NCBI GenBank assembly: GCA_045590655.1
Contig: JAZNRI010000070.1
Coordinates: forward strand, 101,100-165,099
Direction of reading: 5' to 3'
Source: Lachnospiraceae bacterium
GTDB taxonomy: Bacteria; Bacillota; Clostridia; Lachnospirales; Lachnospiraceae
DNA length: 64,000 nucleotides
The notes below the pieces were generated by a model that saw nothing but the letters and a program-made list of their open reading frames with translations, had not been told where the DNA came from and ran no database searches. Positions 20,175-30,998 of the stretch are shown here, piece by piece (position 1 is the stretch's first letter; each line of letters starts with the position of its first letter). The position numbers and the translations under genes are program-made.

Positions 20175-21290
20175 GTGCAAAAGAACGTAAAATCCAGACA
20201 ATCGAATATGGAGCTTTTACGTGTGGTTGCCATGCTTATGATTATCACGCTACATTATCTCGACAAAGGTAATGTGTTGCCGGAATTTGCGCAGATGAAT
20301 ACCGTAAACCACTATCTTGCATGGATATTGGAAGCATTTTGCTTTGTTGCGGTGAATTTGTATGTTTTGATTAGCGGTTATTTTCTGTGCACATCCAAGT
20401 TCACGTTTAAGAAATTATGTACATTGTGGGCTCAGATTCTCTTTTATTCATGGATTATCGGAGCGATTATGATATTGATGGGCAGTGCGGAAGTAAACGG
20501 ATTATACGAGTTGATTTTTATAGCATTTCCGGTTACTTCGGGTCACTATTGGTTTGCAACGGTTTATGTGCTTTTGTTTGCGCTTTCGCCGTTTTTAAAT
20601 GCGGCAATTGAAAAAATGAGCAAAAAGCAACACAGGGTATGTATTATTGTATTGTTGGTTATTTTTTCATTGTGGAATACGGTGCTGCCTATGACAATGC
20701 CTATGACTGATCGTGAAGGTATGGATATTGCGTGGTTTGTGTGCCTCTATATAATTGCAGCTTATTTGAGAAAATATCCTGAAGATATGAAGAAGAAAGC
20801 ATATATTTATAGTTTGGGATATGTCGGTTGCAGTTTCTTGGTATTTGGTTCCGGTCTGGCATTGATTTATGTGGAGCGGATTATCGGAAAACTGGGAGGC
20901 TATGCAACAAACTGGTATGCCTATAACAGTTTGCCTGTGCTGATGGGAAGTGTATGCCTCTTCGTAGCTTTTGCGAAGTGTGAGATAAAAGGTGTGCATA
21001 TCAGTAAAATTATTAATACGCTGGCAGGTGCAACATTTGGTGTATATTTGATTCATGAGCATCAGTTTCTCCGCTATTTGTGGCAACAATGGTTATGCGT
21101 AGAGCAAAATGCTTCTAAGCCTTGGATGCCTGTACATCTGCTTGGCAGTATAGCACTTGTTTTCTTGTTGTGTTTCGTAGCAGAATGGGTGCGAAAAGGG
21201 GTGTTTGCGTTGATTACGGAGCGCAAATGGTTCCGAAAGGCTTTCGAGCGCTTTGAAAAAATAGAAAGCAAGATGAACGGAGAAGCATAA
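20175..21290 (+). CDS. Acyltransferase-3 (OafA/WecH-like) membrane O-acyltransferase
   Basis: RQSNMELLRVVAML..H, AVNLYVLISGYF, HYWF, TFGVYLIH; GTG start. Confidence 0.85.
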   Translation: MQKNVKSRQSNMELLRVVAMLMIITLHYLDKGNVLPEFAQMNTVNHYLAWILEAFCFVAVNLYVLISGYFLCTSKFTFKKLCTLWAQILFYSWIIGAIMILMGSAEVNGLYELIFIAFPVTSGHYWFATVYVLLFALSPFLNAAIEKMSKKQHRVCIIVLLVIFSLWNTVLPMTMPMTDREGMDIAWFVCLYIIAAYLRKYPEDMKKKAYIYSLGYVGCSFLVFGSGLALIYVERIIGKLGGYATNWYAYNSLPVLMGSVCLFVAFAKCEIKGVHISKIINTLAGATFGVYLIHEHQFLRYLWQQWLCVEQNASKPWMPVHLLGSIALVFLLCFVAEWVRKGVFALITERKWFRKAFERFEKIESKMNGEA

Positions 21291-23044
21291 TGAATGCAGT
21301 AGCAAAAGCGGAAGGTTTTATACAATCTCATAAAAAGATGTTAACGTGGATATGCTTTATCATTCTTTTGGCATTACCGTTTTTGCATGTAAACAGCGGT
21401 GTTGAATTTACGGATACCGGATACAGTCTGGGGAATTATGAAAATTTTGCGAATGCTGAGGGTACATGGGCATTGGCAACCTTTCTGGCCAATATCACCG
21501 GCTGGCTTTTTACAAAACTTCCTTTTGGACATACCATGTTGGGAATGCAAATATATTGCAATGCCGTTTTGAGTTTTTTACTTGCATTTTCGTTTGTGAT
21601 GTTAAAGAAATTTTTTCCGGCGCGTTATGTGTTTGTAGGAGAAATTCTGGCATGGTCCCTGTGCTGGTGCCCGAGAGTTATTTTATATAACTATTTAACA
21701 TATTTGTTTTTGACGTTGGGGTGCTTATGTCTTTTAAAGGCTGTTAAAACGCAAAAAAATAAATTTTTTATTCTTGCCGGAGTGCTGTTGGGAATTAATT
21801 TATTTGTCCGTTTTTCGAATCTTACCCAGGTTTCGTTGATTGTGGTAGTTATATATGATGCTTTTTTGCGAAAAAAGAAGTTTAAAAGTGCTATGAAAAC
21901 GATAGGACTTTGCATAGCAGGATATATATTAACGGTATTTGTTTTGCTGGGAGGAATCGCAGTCTTTTATGGAGGAACCGAATATTTTGAAATGATTCGC
22001 AGTTTGTTTGCCATGAAAGATACCGAGAGTACCTATTCCTTGATGAGTATGGTGACAGAACCGTTAAAAGCATATGCAGAGCAGTTAAAGTGGCTTTGGA
22101 TTTTTCCGGTGGTTATAGGTATTGCAACATTTATTTATAAATTCTGTAAAAATGCAATTTCAAAATATATGCTTAGCGGTGTTTTGCTGGCGGGGATTTT
22201 GACAATTGTATTGTACTACTATAAAATTGTGGTTTTTTGGCGGAATTACAATGATTATCACAGTTTTCGACTTTGGGCTGTGGGATTTGTTGTGTTCGCA
22301 ATTGGGTTGGCATTTTATATTCTGTTTGCCAAAACAGCGAAGCAGATAGAGAAGATAATTGCATGTATGGTTCTTGTTGTGATAGCAATTACTCCGCTTG
22401 GAAGCAACAATGCATTATATCCGGTTTATAATAATTTGTTTATTGTGGCACCTTTTGTTTTTGCAGAAGGGATGAAGTATATCGGGAAGAGTTGCAATAA
22501 ATTATTGTGGCCTACTAAAATTGGTCTCTCGGTTTTGGCGATTGTTTTAATGTTTCAGAGTGTAATGTTTGGTTGGACATTTACCTTTCGTGATGCCGGT
22601 TTTACAACCGGAATTGACACGACAATTACCGGAAACCGTGTTTTATACGGTATGCGCACTACGTCGGAACGCGCAAGACAAATTGAAGAACTAAGTAAGT
22701 ATGTGTACGAGAATGATTTGTGCGGGCGTAAGGTTTTATTGTATGGTGAGATACCGTTTGCGGTATACGCGTTGGAAATGCCCAGTGCATTGAGCAGCAG
22801 TTGGGCCGATTTGGATACGGTACTTAATTGTAAGGGAATGCAGGAAGAAATTGAGGCAATGGAGGATACTCCTGTTGTTATAATTGCGGCAGATCGTTAC
22901 AATGATTTGTTAAATAATCCGGATACGGACAATGAGAAAGCGATATTGGTAGCGGAATATCTTCGGGTAAATAATTATGAAGAAACATTCCGTAATGATA
23001 AATTTGTAGTGTATCTTCCGTGTGCGGAAGAAAGTGAAGAGTAA
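21290..23044 (+). CDS. Polytopic membrane protein, GT-C (ArnT/PMT)-like
   Basis: Many TM segments; acidic loop-1 EFTDTGY; NLFVRFSN; soluble C-terminal domain. Confidence 0.5.
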   Translation: MNAVAKAEGFIQSHKKMLTWICFIILLALPFLHVNSGVEFTDTGYSLGNYENFANAEGTWALATFLANITGWLFTKLPFGHTMLGMQIYCNAVLSFLLAFSFVMLKKFFPARYVFVGEILAWSLCWCPRVILYNYLTYLFLTLGCLCLLKAVKTQKNKFFILAGVLLGINLFVRFSNLTQVSLIVVVIYDAFLRKKKFKSAMKTIGLCIAGYILTVFVLLGGIAVFYGGTEYFEMIRSLFAMKDTESTYSLMSMVTEPLKAYAEQLKWLWIFPVVIGIATFIYKFCKNAISKYMLSGVLLAGILTIVLYYYKIVVFWRNYNDYHSFRLWAVGFVVFAIGLAFYILFAKTAKQIEKIIACMVLVVIAITPLGSNNALYPVYNNLFIVAPFVFAEGMKYIGKSCNKLLWPTKIGLSVLAIVLMFQSVMFGWTFTFRDAGFTTGIDTTITGNRVLYGMRTTSERARQIEELSKYVYENDLCGRKVLLYGEIPFAVYALEMPSALSSSWADLDTVLNCKGMQEEIEAMEDTPVVIIAADRYNDLLNNPDTDNEKAILVAEYLRVNNYEETFRNDKFVVYLPCAEESEE

Positions 23045-23056
23045 AAGGAGCAAAAA

Positions 23057-24184
23057 ATGATTCGTTTTAATGTACCGCCTTATACAGGTAAAGAACTGGA
23101 TTATATTCGAGTTGCAGTAGAAAATCAAAAGATATGCGGTGACGGAGAGTTTACCAAAAAATGTAATGAGTGGATTGAGCAGCAGACAGGAACCACTAAG
23201 GCGTTGTTGACCACTTCATGTACGCATGCAACCGAGCTTGCTGCTATTCTTGCAGATATCAAACCCGGAGATGAAGTGATTATGCCGGCATATACGTTCG
23301 TGTCTACTGCTGATGCTTTTGTGTTACGGGGAGCAACGGCTGTATTTGTTGATATCAGACCGGACACAATGAATATGGACGAAAATTTAATCGAAGCCGC
23401 AATTACGGAGAGAACCAAAGCAATTGTTCCTGTTCATTATGCGGGGGTTTCCTGTAATATGAATAAAATTATGGAAATTGCTGCTAAGTATAATCTTGCG
23501 GTAATTGAAGATGCGGCGCAGGGTATCATGTCAACATACAAAGGAAAAGCTTTGGGTACGATTGGTGACTTCGGATGTTTCAGTTTTCATGAAACCAAAA
23601 ATTTCTCTATGGGTGAAGGCGGCGCGCTTTTGATTCGTGATGAAAAAGATGTTGAAAAAGCAGAAATTATTCGAGAAAAGGGAACAAACCGTGCTAAGTT
23701 TTTCAGGGGTCAAATTGATAAATATACATGGGTAGAGAAGGGTTCCTCCTATCTTCCCAGTGAGATGAACGCGGCATACTTGTATGCCCAATTGGAACTT
23801 GCGCAGGAGATTACGGCAAATCGTATGGCAACATGGGAGCGATACAACAATGCTTTTATGGAATTGCAGGAAGCCGGCAAGGTTGAATTACCTTATATCC
23901 CTGATGATTGTACACACAATGCTCATATGTTTTATTTAAAATGTAAAGATTTGGAAGAAAGAAGTGCCCTTATTGCATTTTTGAAGGAAAACGATATTCT
24001 TGCCGTATTTCATTATGTACCATTGCATACGGCGCCGGCGGGATTAAAATATGGCCGCTTCCACGGAGAAGACAAGTATACCACTAAGGAAAGTGAAAGA
24101 TTGGTAAGACTGCCGTTGTATTATGGTTTGGAGCCTGAAAAAACGGATTATATTATTGAGAAAGTAAAAGAATTCTACAAGTAA
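23057..24184 (+). CDS. wecE: dTDP-4-amino-4,6-dideoxygalactose transaminase
   Basis: ICGDGEFT, LTTSCTHA, FSFHETKN..MGEGG, GTNRAKFFRGQIDKYTW, AVFHYVPLH. Confidence 0.88.
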   Translation: MIRFNVPPYTGKELDYIRVAVENQKICGDGEFTKKCNEWIEQQTGTTKALLTTSCTHATELAAILADIKPGDEVIMPAYTFVSTADAFVLRGATAVFVDIRPDTMNMDENLIEAAITERTKAIVPVHYAGVSCNMNKIMEIAAKYNLAVIEDAAQGIMSTYKGKALGTIGDFGCFSFHETKNFSMGEGGALLIRDEKDVEKAEIIREKGTNRAKFFRGQIDKYTWVEKGSSYLPSEMNAAYLYAQLELAQEITANRMATWERYNNAFMELQEAGKVELPYIPDDCTHNAHMFYLKCKDLEERSALIAFLKENDILAVFHYVPLHTAPAGLKYGRFHGEDKYTTKESERLVRLPLYYGLEPEKTDYIIEKVKEFYK

Positions 24185-24208
24185 AAGAGAAGGGAGAGGA
24201 GCTGCTCA

Positions 24209-25954
24209 ATGAAAAAGTATATGCAAAAGCATTGGTTTGAATATGTATATTCAGCATTGTTAACATGCATTGCCGCAGTAGGCATCTCCCTAATGTTTGG
24301 CTATATTCTGGAGACAAACGATGACGCGTTTTTGCGCAGTATTGTAAGCGGTAACTATACGGGTGAACCGGAAGCTCATCTGATTTATATTATGTATCCG
24401 CTGGGTTTTATTTTAAAAAGCTTATATTCGATACTTCCAAAAGTATACTGGTATGATTTTTATATGATCGGGATGCACTATATATGTATCTTTATGTTAT
24501 TGGTAAGAGTCGGAGAACAGTTTCAGATCAGAAGCAATAAGTTTCTTGGAATTACAGCATCTTTTATTGGTTTGATGTTACTGGATTTGCCCTATATTGT
24601 CATGCATCAATACACTGTATTGGCGGGGGTAATGATGTCTGTGGCAGTTTTTTGGATGGCAACCGCTAAAGAGACCGGCAACGGGAAATATTGGTACGAC
24701 AGAGTTGTTATAATTGTATTTTCGATACTTTGTTTGTGGACGCGAAAGCAGGTGTTTTTGCTTGCAGTCCCTCTGTTAGCACTCATTACTATTGTAAGGA
24801 TAATTAAAATCAGAAAAGATAAAAAAGCTATCAAAAATAAATTGCTATTTGGAGCGATCTTTTCAATTGTTGTATTAGGTTCTTTTGTGACAGATAAGGT
24901 TGCATATAGTGATTCTGAATGGAAGGATTTTCTTGTGTATAATGAAGCAAGAACGGATCTCTATGACTTCTATGGTGTGCCGTCTTTTGACTATTATCAG
25001 GATAGGTATGAGAAACTGGGACTGGATTATGGCGATTGGATTGTAATGCAAAATTATAATACAAAGCTGGCGTCGGATTTGTCGTTAGATAATGTTGTGG
25101 AATTGGCAGATTTGTCAGAGCAAAAGTGGGTAGAAGGATTTCAATACACCAATATGCTCCATAAAATGATCTACATTGTTGTAAACAATATGTATACAAA
25201 TCCGGTACAACCCATCGGTTTGTTATTAACGGTTTTGTATGTGCTTGCCTTGATTAATTGCTATAAAAAAGACAAGAGAATCAGCTTTTTATCAGTTTGC
25301 GCAATGTTGCTTTTTGAAGCGGCAGTTGTGGGATATTTTGTATGGCAAGGAAGATTTTTAGAGAGAATATCATATGGTTTTTATTTAATGCAAACAGTTT
25401 ATCTGTTTGGGATTCTTCTATATGATATTAAAGAAGTAAAAATTTTCACAAAGAAAAATGTCTTCTGGTGTGTTGTTGGTAGTGCATTAGTTGTACTGTT
25501 TTGTGGTACTGTGGGATTGCAACGTGTGCGTACAACATTAGATAATCAGGCATATATCGAGCAGAACTGTTCGGCATGGGAAACGTTAAATCAGTATTTC
25601 AGAGAATACAATGAAGTGAGCTATTGCATTGATACTACTTCGTTTGCATATTTTACGGATTGGATGTTTTGTGATGAGATGACTGAGACGAATAATGTGA
25701 TTCGCTTGGGTACATGGACAATGTATAGTCCTTTGGATAAGAAACACGATGGGGAGAATGATTTGCTTTCGTTGCTTGAAAGCGGACAGTGTTATTACGT
25801 GCAGGATACACGTAAAGGACAGGACTGGATACATAGCTTTTGGGAAAGTAAGGGCTATGATATTGAAATAGAAGTGGTTGATACAATTACAATACACAAT
25901 GGTTGTGTATTTGAAATTATTGATATGTCAAATATAAAAAAGGTGAAAAAGTGA
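24209..25954 (+). CDS. Polytopic membrane protein, GT-C-like
   Basis: TM1 followed by ETNDD acidic motif; two TM clusters around an extracellular loop. Confidence 0.45.
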   Translation: MKKYMQKHWFEYVYSALLTCIAAVGISLMFGYILETNDDAFLRSIVSGNYTGEPEAHLIYIMYPLGFILKSLYSILPKVYWYDFYMIGMHYICIFMLLVRVGEQFQIRSNKFLGITASFIGLMLLDLPYIVMHQYTVLAGVMMSVAVFWMATAKETGNGKYWYDRVVIIVFSILCLWTRKQVFLLAVPLLALITIVRIIKIRKDKKAIKNKLLFGAIFSIVVLGSFVTDKVAYSDSEWKDFLVYNEARTDLYDFYGVPSFDYYQDRYEKLGLDYGDWIVMQNYNTKLASDLSLDNVVELADLSEQKWVEGFQYTNMLHKMIYIVVNNMYTNPVQPIGLLLTVLYVLALINCYKKDKRISFLSVCAMLLFEAAVVGYFVWQGRFLERISYGFYLMQTVYLFGILLYDIKEVKIFTKKNVFWCVVGSALVVLFCGTVGLQRVRTTLDNQAYIEQNCSAWETLNQYFREYNEVSYCIDTTSFAYFTDWMFCDEMTETNNVIRLGTWTMYSPLDKKHDGENDLLSLLESGQCYYVQDTRKGQDWIHSFWESKGYDIEIEVVDTITIHNGCVFEIIDMSNIKKVKK

Positions 25955-26490
25955 AAAAGGTTATTGAAAACGACAAACTGTATCTTCGGAAGATGGAGTA
26001 TTCAGACACGGATTATATTGTAAAGTGGAGAAATTCGGATTTTGTCAGAACGCATTTTATCTATCAGGAATTGTTTACAAAAGAGTCTCATGAAAACTGG
26101 ATTCGCACTATGATAGAAACCGGTAAAGCAGATCAGTTGATTATCTGCATTAAAGGCGAAAACGGACAAATTGATATTCCGGTTGGAAGCGTCTATATCA
26201 GAGATATTGACAATACGCATAATAAGGCCGAGTACGGGATATTTATCGGAGAAGAGAGCGCACGAGGAAAAGGTATCGGAAGCCAGACAGCAGCGCTTAT
26301 GATAAAATACTGTTTTGAACAGTTGAAATTACATCGCTTGTTTTTACGTGTTTTTGCAGACAACAAACAGGCAATTCGAAGTTATGAAAAAGCCGGCTTT
26401 GTACAGGAAGCATATTTAAAAGATGATGTCAGGATTCAAGGACAGTATAAGGATATTGTTTTAATGGGAATATTAAACCCGGAGGATTAA
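25951..26490 (+). CDS. GNAT (RimL/PseH-like) N-acetyltransferase
   Basis: VKWRNS..VR, AEYGIFIGE..RGKGIG, N.QAIRSYEKAGF.QE; GTG start. Confidence 0.85.
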   Translation: MKKVIENDKLYLRKMEYSDTDYIVKWRNSDFVRTHFIYQELFTKESHENWIRTMIETGKADQLIICIKGENGQIDIPVGSVYIRDIDNTHNKAEYGIFIGEESARGKGIGSQTAALMIKYCFEQLKLHRLFLRVFADNKQAIRSYEKAGFVQEAYLKDDVRIQGQYKDIVLMGILNPED

Positions 26491-26492
26491 AA

Positions 26493-27431
26493 ATGAATTT
26501 AGTAAGTTTTGTCATTCCTTGTTATCGTTCGGAAAAAACACTTCCGGCAGTGATTGAGGAAATTAACAATAAGATGAATAGTATGGCATCATATTGCTAT
26601 GAAATCATCCTGGTGAATGATTCATCACCGGATAATACAATTGATACCATTCGTAATTTATGCAGAAAGTATGATAATATTACCGGCATTGATTTGGCTA
26701 AGAATTTTGGGCAGCATGCAGCTTTGATGGCCGGAATGCGTCAGGCAAAAGGTGATATTGTGGTTTGCCTGGATGACGATGGACAAACCCCTGCGGATGA
26801 AGTTGATAAACTGCTTAATAAGCTGAATGAAGGATTTGATGTGGTTTATGCAAGTTACGGAAAGAAGAAGCATAGTTTGTTCCGCAATTTCGGAAGTAAA
26901 GTAAATGAATTAATGACAAGAGTGATGCTGGGAAAACCGAAAGAGCTATATATTTCCAGCTATTTTGCAGCAAAACGTTTTGTTGTGGATGATATGCTTC
27001 GATATGAGCATTCGTATGCTTATGTAATTGGGTTGGTTTTGCGCGCAACAAAAAATATAACCAATGTGGAAGTAAAACACCGTTCCAGAACAGAAGGAGC
27101 TTCTGGATATACCCTTAAGAAATTATTGGGCCTTTGGTTTAATGGATTTACGGCATTTTCAATTAAGCCTTTGCGTATTGCAACAATTATTGGTGTATTG
27201 TGTGCAGGTGGCGGTTTTTCATACGGAATCTATACCATTGTTAAAAGATTGTTATTACCGGATATTCAGGCAGGTTTTTCGGCTTTGATGTCTATGCTGG
27301 TTTTTATGGGCGGAATGATTATGTTGATGCTTGGTATGATTGGAGAGTATATCGGAAGAATTTATATCAGCATGAACAACTCGCCGCAGTATGTCATTCG
27401 TGAAATTATTAAAGAAGAAACGGATAAATAG
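26493..27431 (+). CDS. ArnC/GtrB-like polyprenyl-phosphate glycosyltransferase
   Basis: PCYRSE, NDSSPD, KNFGQHAALMAG, LDDDGQTP, C-terminal TMs, GEYIGRIY. Confidence 0.88.
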   Translation: MNLVSFVIPCYRSEKTLPAVIEEINNKMNSMASYCYEIILVNDSSPDNTIDTIRNLCRKYDNITGIDLAKNFGQHAALMAGMRQAKGDIVVCLDDDGQTPADEVDKLLNKLNEGFDVVYASYGKKKHSLFRNFGSKVNELMTRVMLGKPKELYISSYFAAKRFVVDDMLRYEHSYAYVIGLVLRATKNITNVEVKHRSRTEGASGYTLKKLLGLWFNGFTAFSIKPLRIATIIGVLCAGGGFSYGIYTIVKRLLLPDIQAGFSALMSMLVFMGGMIMLMLGMIGEYIGRIYISMNNSPQYVIREIIKEETDK

Positions 27432-27434
27432 TAA

Positions 27435-28661
27435 ATGAGTAGTGATAAAAGTGCAAGAAAATCGAATAAAGCAGATTGCGTAGCTTTGATTGTTTGGGGG
27501 CTGTTACTGACGATATATGGAATGGCTTGTATCTATTTGTATTATAATCAGACGCAGTTTGTTGAAGGCGGGAAATTTGAGTCAGACCTTGCGGCGCACA
27601 TTCGTATGGCATTAGACGGGTGGGGCTATAGCCTGACAGCGGTGGTTTATCGTTTTTTCTTTTTGCTGCCGGCTTCTGAGTGGTTGGTTGCCGTATTTTT
27701 ATCGTTGTTTACGATTGGAGCAATTGTGTTAACGGCATACGCATTACGTCCGTATCTTGAGTCCAAAATTCTTCGGATATCAGTAGCTACACTGACCGGT
27801 TTGGCAATGCCTTTTTATATTTCGGCAATTCAGGCTTCCAGATATATCGGCTATCAATCGCCGTCTATTTGGCATAATTCAACCTATATTGTAATGAAGG
27901 TATTTGCAACGGCAGCATTATTTCTTTGTTTTTATATTGCAAAGCGTTATGATGAGAAACTGAACTGGAGATATTGTGTGTTGTTTGCTGTCTTATTAGC
28001 ATTAACAACTGCAACCAAGACCAGTTTTGTTGCTGTATTTGCTCCGGCTGCGCTTCTTATGCTGATTGCGGACGGTTTAACCGGCGTATCGGTGAAAAAG
28101 CTTCTTTTAGTGGCGACAACCATTATACCTACTGTTTTTGTTGTTTTGTTCCAGGAAGCAGTATTGTTTGGAGAAGATACGGGAAACAAGATAGTGATAG
28201 AGTTTGGATATACGGTTTTTTTTCGTGCGGAAAAGCCTCAGTATACAATGATTTTATCGGCTCTTTTTCCGGTACTTATTTTCTTGGTTAATTTTATTGG
28301 TGTGTTTAAGGATACATGGCAGGATTTTAAACAAAAAAGAAAGGGATTGACGCACCGGGAGTTTTTGGTATCCTGGGGAATGTGGTTTTTTGGAGCGTTG
28401 GAGCTGCTTTTCCTGAAAGAAACCGGGACGCGCCTGAAAGATGCAAATTTTGCATGGGGATATAATTATTGCTTATTTATTTTGTTTGTGGTCAGTTGTG
28501 TATATTTGCTTCGCAATCTAAAAAGTGAAACATTTTTGTGCGGCAATAAAGTGGCAAAAACAATTTATGCTGTCGTAATGTGCGGTATTTTGGGATATCA
28601 TGTATATTGCGGTATATATTTCTTTTTATGTTTGTTGGAAGGGACGACCTATTTTATGTAG
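27435..28661 (+). CDS. Polytopic membrane protein, GT-C-like
   Basis: About 10 hydrophobic segments; loop-1 FESDL..H; WHNSTY. Confidence 0.4.
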   Translation: MSSDKSARKSNKADCVALIVWGLLLTIYGMACIYLYYNQTQFVEGGKFESDLAAHIRMALDGWGYSLTAVVYRFFFLLPASEWLVAVFLSLFTIGAIVLTAYALRPYLESKILRISVATLTGLAMPFYISAIQASRYIGYQSPSIWHNSTYIVMKVFATAALFLCFYIAKRYDEKLNWRYCVLFAVLLALTTATKTSFVAVFAPAALLMLIADGLTGVSVKKLLLVATTIIPTVFVVLFQEAVLFGEDTGNKIVIEFGYTVFFRAEKPQYTMILSALFPVLIFLVNFIGVFKDTWQDFKQKRKGLTHREFLVSWGMWFFGALELLFLKETGTRLKDANFAWGYNYCLFILFVVSCVYLLRNLKSETFLCGNKVAKTIYAVVMCGILGYHVYCGIYFFLCLLEGTTYFM

Positions 28662-28675
28662 TCCGGGAGCGGTAA

Positions 28676-29572
28676 ATGGAAAATAAAAAAGTTAGAAATA
28701 AGTTTAAAGTTGAATATTTAATATTTGGAATGATTGCGCTTGTATCGGCAGGGCTTATTTTTGCAACATCTGAAATCGGTAAGAAGAAGTATTATCCGGA
28801 CAATGATGAAAGAGTTCAGGTGGTTTTCTTAGGTGATAGCAATATTGCCTATGATTTTGAAGATAAAAGTATTCCGCAACGGTTTGCAGAACGCACCGGC
28901 TACAATGTCTATAACTGTGCTATCGGCGGTACTGCAGCTGCAAAAACGAATACAGCAAACTATTTTGAGGAAAGCTTTGATTTATTATGTCTATATAATT
29001 TGACTAAGATTATGGAAGCAGAAGACCATCAACCTTTATTGGATTTTTTTAATGAAGCCACACTGAATGAACAACAGGCAACCGGTAAAATTCATATGCT
29101 GACCAATATTGATTATGAAGAGATAGACTATATTGTTATTTCTTATGGACTAAATGATTATACAACCGGTAGAAAAGTATACGGAAAAGATGATTATGAT
29201 GTGACATCTTATGCAGGAGCATTGCGTGATTCTATTGAGAGATTGCAAAAGCTGTGTCCGAACGCCTGCATCATTGTATCGTCTATTACATACTGCGTTT
29301 TTTATGAGAACGGCGAGGTTGTAGAAGACGGTTACGATCGAAGTTGGGGCGGTGGGTATATCAATGAATATAGGGATGCGGCCGAAATGGTAGCTTCTGA
29401 GTATGACAATGTATTGTTTATGGATAATTTGGAATTACTTGGCATCGACAGAAGCAATTATGAAGAATACATTCGTGATGACTTGCATTTGAATGTGGCC
29501 GGACAGGAAAAATTCGTTGATTGTTTGATTGAAGTAATGGAAGAATATGAGAATGGCAAAGATGAACAATAA
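28676..29572 (+). CDS. Membrane-anchored SGNH/GDSL esterase or O-acetyltransferase
   Basis: N-terminal TM; FLGDSN (block I), AIGG (II), YGLND (III), DDLH (V). Confidence 0.85.
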   Translation: MENKKVRNKFKVEYLIFGMIALVSAGLIFATSEIGKKKYYPDNDERVQVVFLGDSNIAYDFEDKSIPQRFAERTGYNVYNCAIGGTAAAKTNTANYFEESFDLLCLYNLTKIMEAEDHQPLLDFFNEATLNEQQATGKIHMLTNIDYEEIDYIVISYGLNDYTTGRKVYGKDDYDVTSYAGALRDSIERLQKLCPNACIIVSSITYCVFYENGEVVEDGYDRSWGGGYINEYRDAAEMVASEYDNVLFMDNLELLGIDRSNYEEYIRDDLHLNVAGQEKFVDCLIEVMEEYENGKDEQ

Positions 29573-30998
29573 AGTAAAGAAGTGGTTTCGTTTAAGCATT
29601 ATGGCCATTTGTACCGGTATTGGAATGGTACAGTTGATTTATGCTATAATTTGGGCTTTTCAAAACGGAAATAATGTACAGGATTTTTTCGACAGTTCAA
29701 TATATTTAAGCGGAGCATTAAAAATGAAAAGTGACGGATGGCGCTTGTTGGGATATTCGTGCTTTTTGTTTCCCTTTAGAATGTTAGAGGGTGTTTTAAA
29801 AGAAAACTATGTAATACCGGTATATTGCGTGCAGGCAGTGATTAGTTTGTTATGTTATGCTAAGGGATGTAAAACCATTGCAGAAGTGTTACTGAAAAAA
29901 AGTGTATCTTTTAAGTGTATGCTGATTCCGGCAGGGTATATTTTAACACTTCCCATTGTTTGGCAGATGCAGTTTGCTGTTTTGCCGGATGCACTATGTG
30001 TAGCGTTGGTTGTTCTTTTGTTTTCACTGATTACGGAGTGGGTATTTAAGAATGATGGTTTGAATTGGAAAAAGGCAGTGTCAGTGGTGGCAGTTTTGCT
30101 GGTATTGGGACTGGTGGAGCGACATTACTTTTATGCAGCGTTGTGTATGAGTTTCTTCGGTATGCTATTATGTGCAATTCGCTTTTTTATAAAAAAATAT
30201 CGTACAAAAAAGATGATTCCGATAATAGTGTTGTTATTGGTGTGTCTCATTGTTACACCTATTGTGACAACGGCAATTAATTCGGCTGTACCTAAGCGTG
30301 GAACATACGTATCCTATTCTCTTGCAACCGATTTGTGGAAGCGTTTTGTATACCCTAATCTTGAAGAAAATTATCCTCATTATACGGAGAGAATAGTATC
30401 GATTATTCCTTTTTATGTGGCGGAAACCTGTGATGGGCATTATGAGTACTATATGAATAGTATAGGGCCTATGCTTGAAAATTTTAATCCGGAAGAAGCA
30501 GAATCCATTTCGTTTGAGTTGGCCAGAATCGGTTATGCTTTACACAAAAAGGATATGTATCGAAGTGCTGTAAAAGAAGGAATTATGTATATATTTATGC
30601 CGTTTTCCATGGAAAAATATATGTATAGTAACGGAGATTCGCTGTACGGACATAATATTGTCAAAATGTATGAAAAAAGTCCGAAGCTTACGAATGATTA
30701 TATGCATGTGGCAATGAACGGATTTGCGGTTGTATCTGCGTTGGGAATTATAATGTATATTGCAGAAGCACTTTGTAGAAAAACATTTACCAAAAGATAT
30801 ATCGGAACGCTGTTTTACTGTTTGATGCATATTGGGTGTGTAACGGCTCCTGTTATGTTATTTGCAATCAGTAAGTTTGATTACAGAATTGGATTGTTTT
30901 CTGTATTTATGTGGGGAGCGGTTTCATTAATTAGCATCGTGATCGATGACAAAAACAAAGTAGAAGAGTTAACAGAAGGCGGTAACTGTGAAAAGTAA
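29547..30998 (+). CDS. Polytopic membrane protein, GT-C-like
   Basis: TM1 then QDFFDSSIY; LPDAL; FDYR. True start may be a downstream ATG. Confidence 0.4.
   Translation: MRMAKMNNKVKKWFRLSIMAICTGIGMVQLIYAIIWAFQNGNNVQDFFDSSIYLSGALKMKSDGWRLLGYSCFLFPFRMLEGVLKENYVIPVYCVQAVISLLCYAKGCKTIAEVLLKKSVSFKCMLIPAGYILTLPIVWQMQFAVLPDALCVALVVLLFSLITEWVFKNDGLNWKKAVSVVAVLLVLGLVERHYFYAALCMSFFGMLLCAIRFFIKKYRTKKMIPIIVLLLVCLIVTPIVTTAINSAVPKRGTYVSYSLATDLWKRFVYPNLEENYPHYTERIVSIIPFYVAETCDGHYEYYMNSIGPMLENFNPEEAESISFELARIGYALHKKDMYRSAVKEGIMYIFMPFSMEKYMYSNGDSLYGHNIVKMYEKSPKLTNDYMHVAMNGFAVVSALGIIMYIAEALCRKTFTKRYIGTLFYCLMHIGCVTAPVMLFAISKFDYRIGLFSVFMWGAVSLISIVIDDKNKVEELTEGGNCEK

Noticed and set aside
25951-26490. Assigning the gene symbol pseH
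   Set aside because: It sits in the wecE module, and a formyltransferase could fill that step. The substrate is unresolved.
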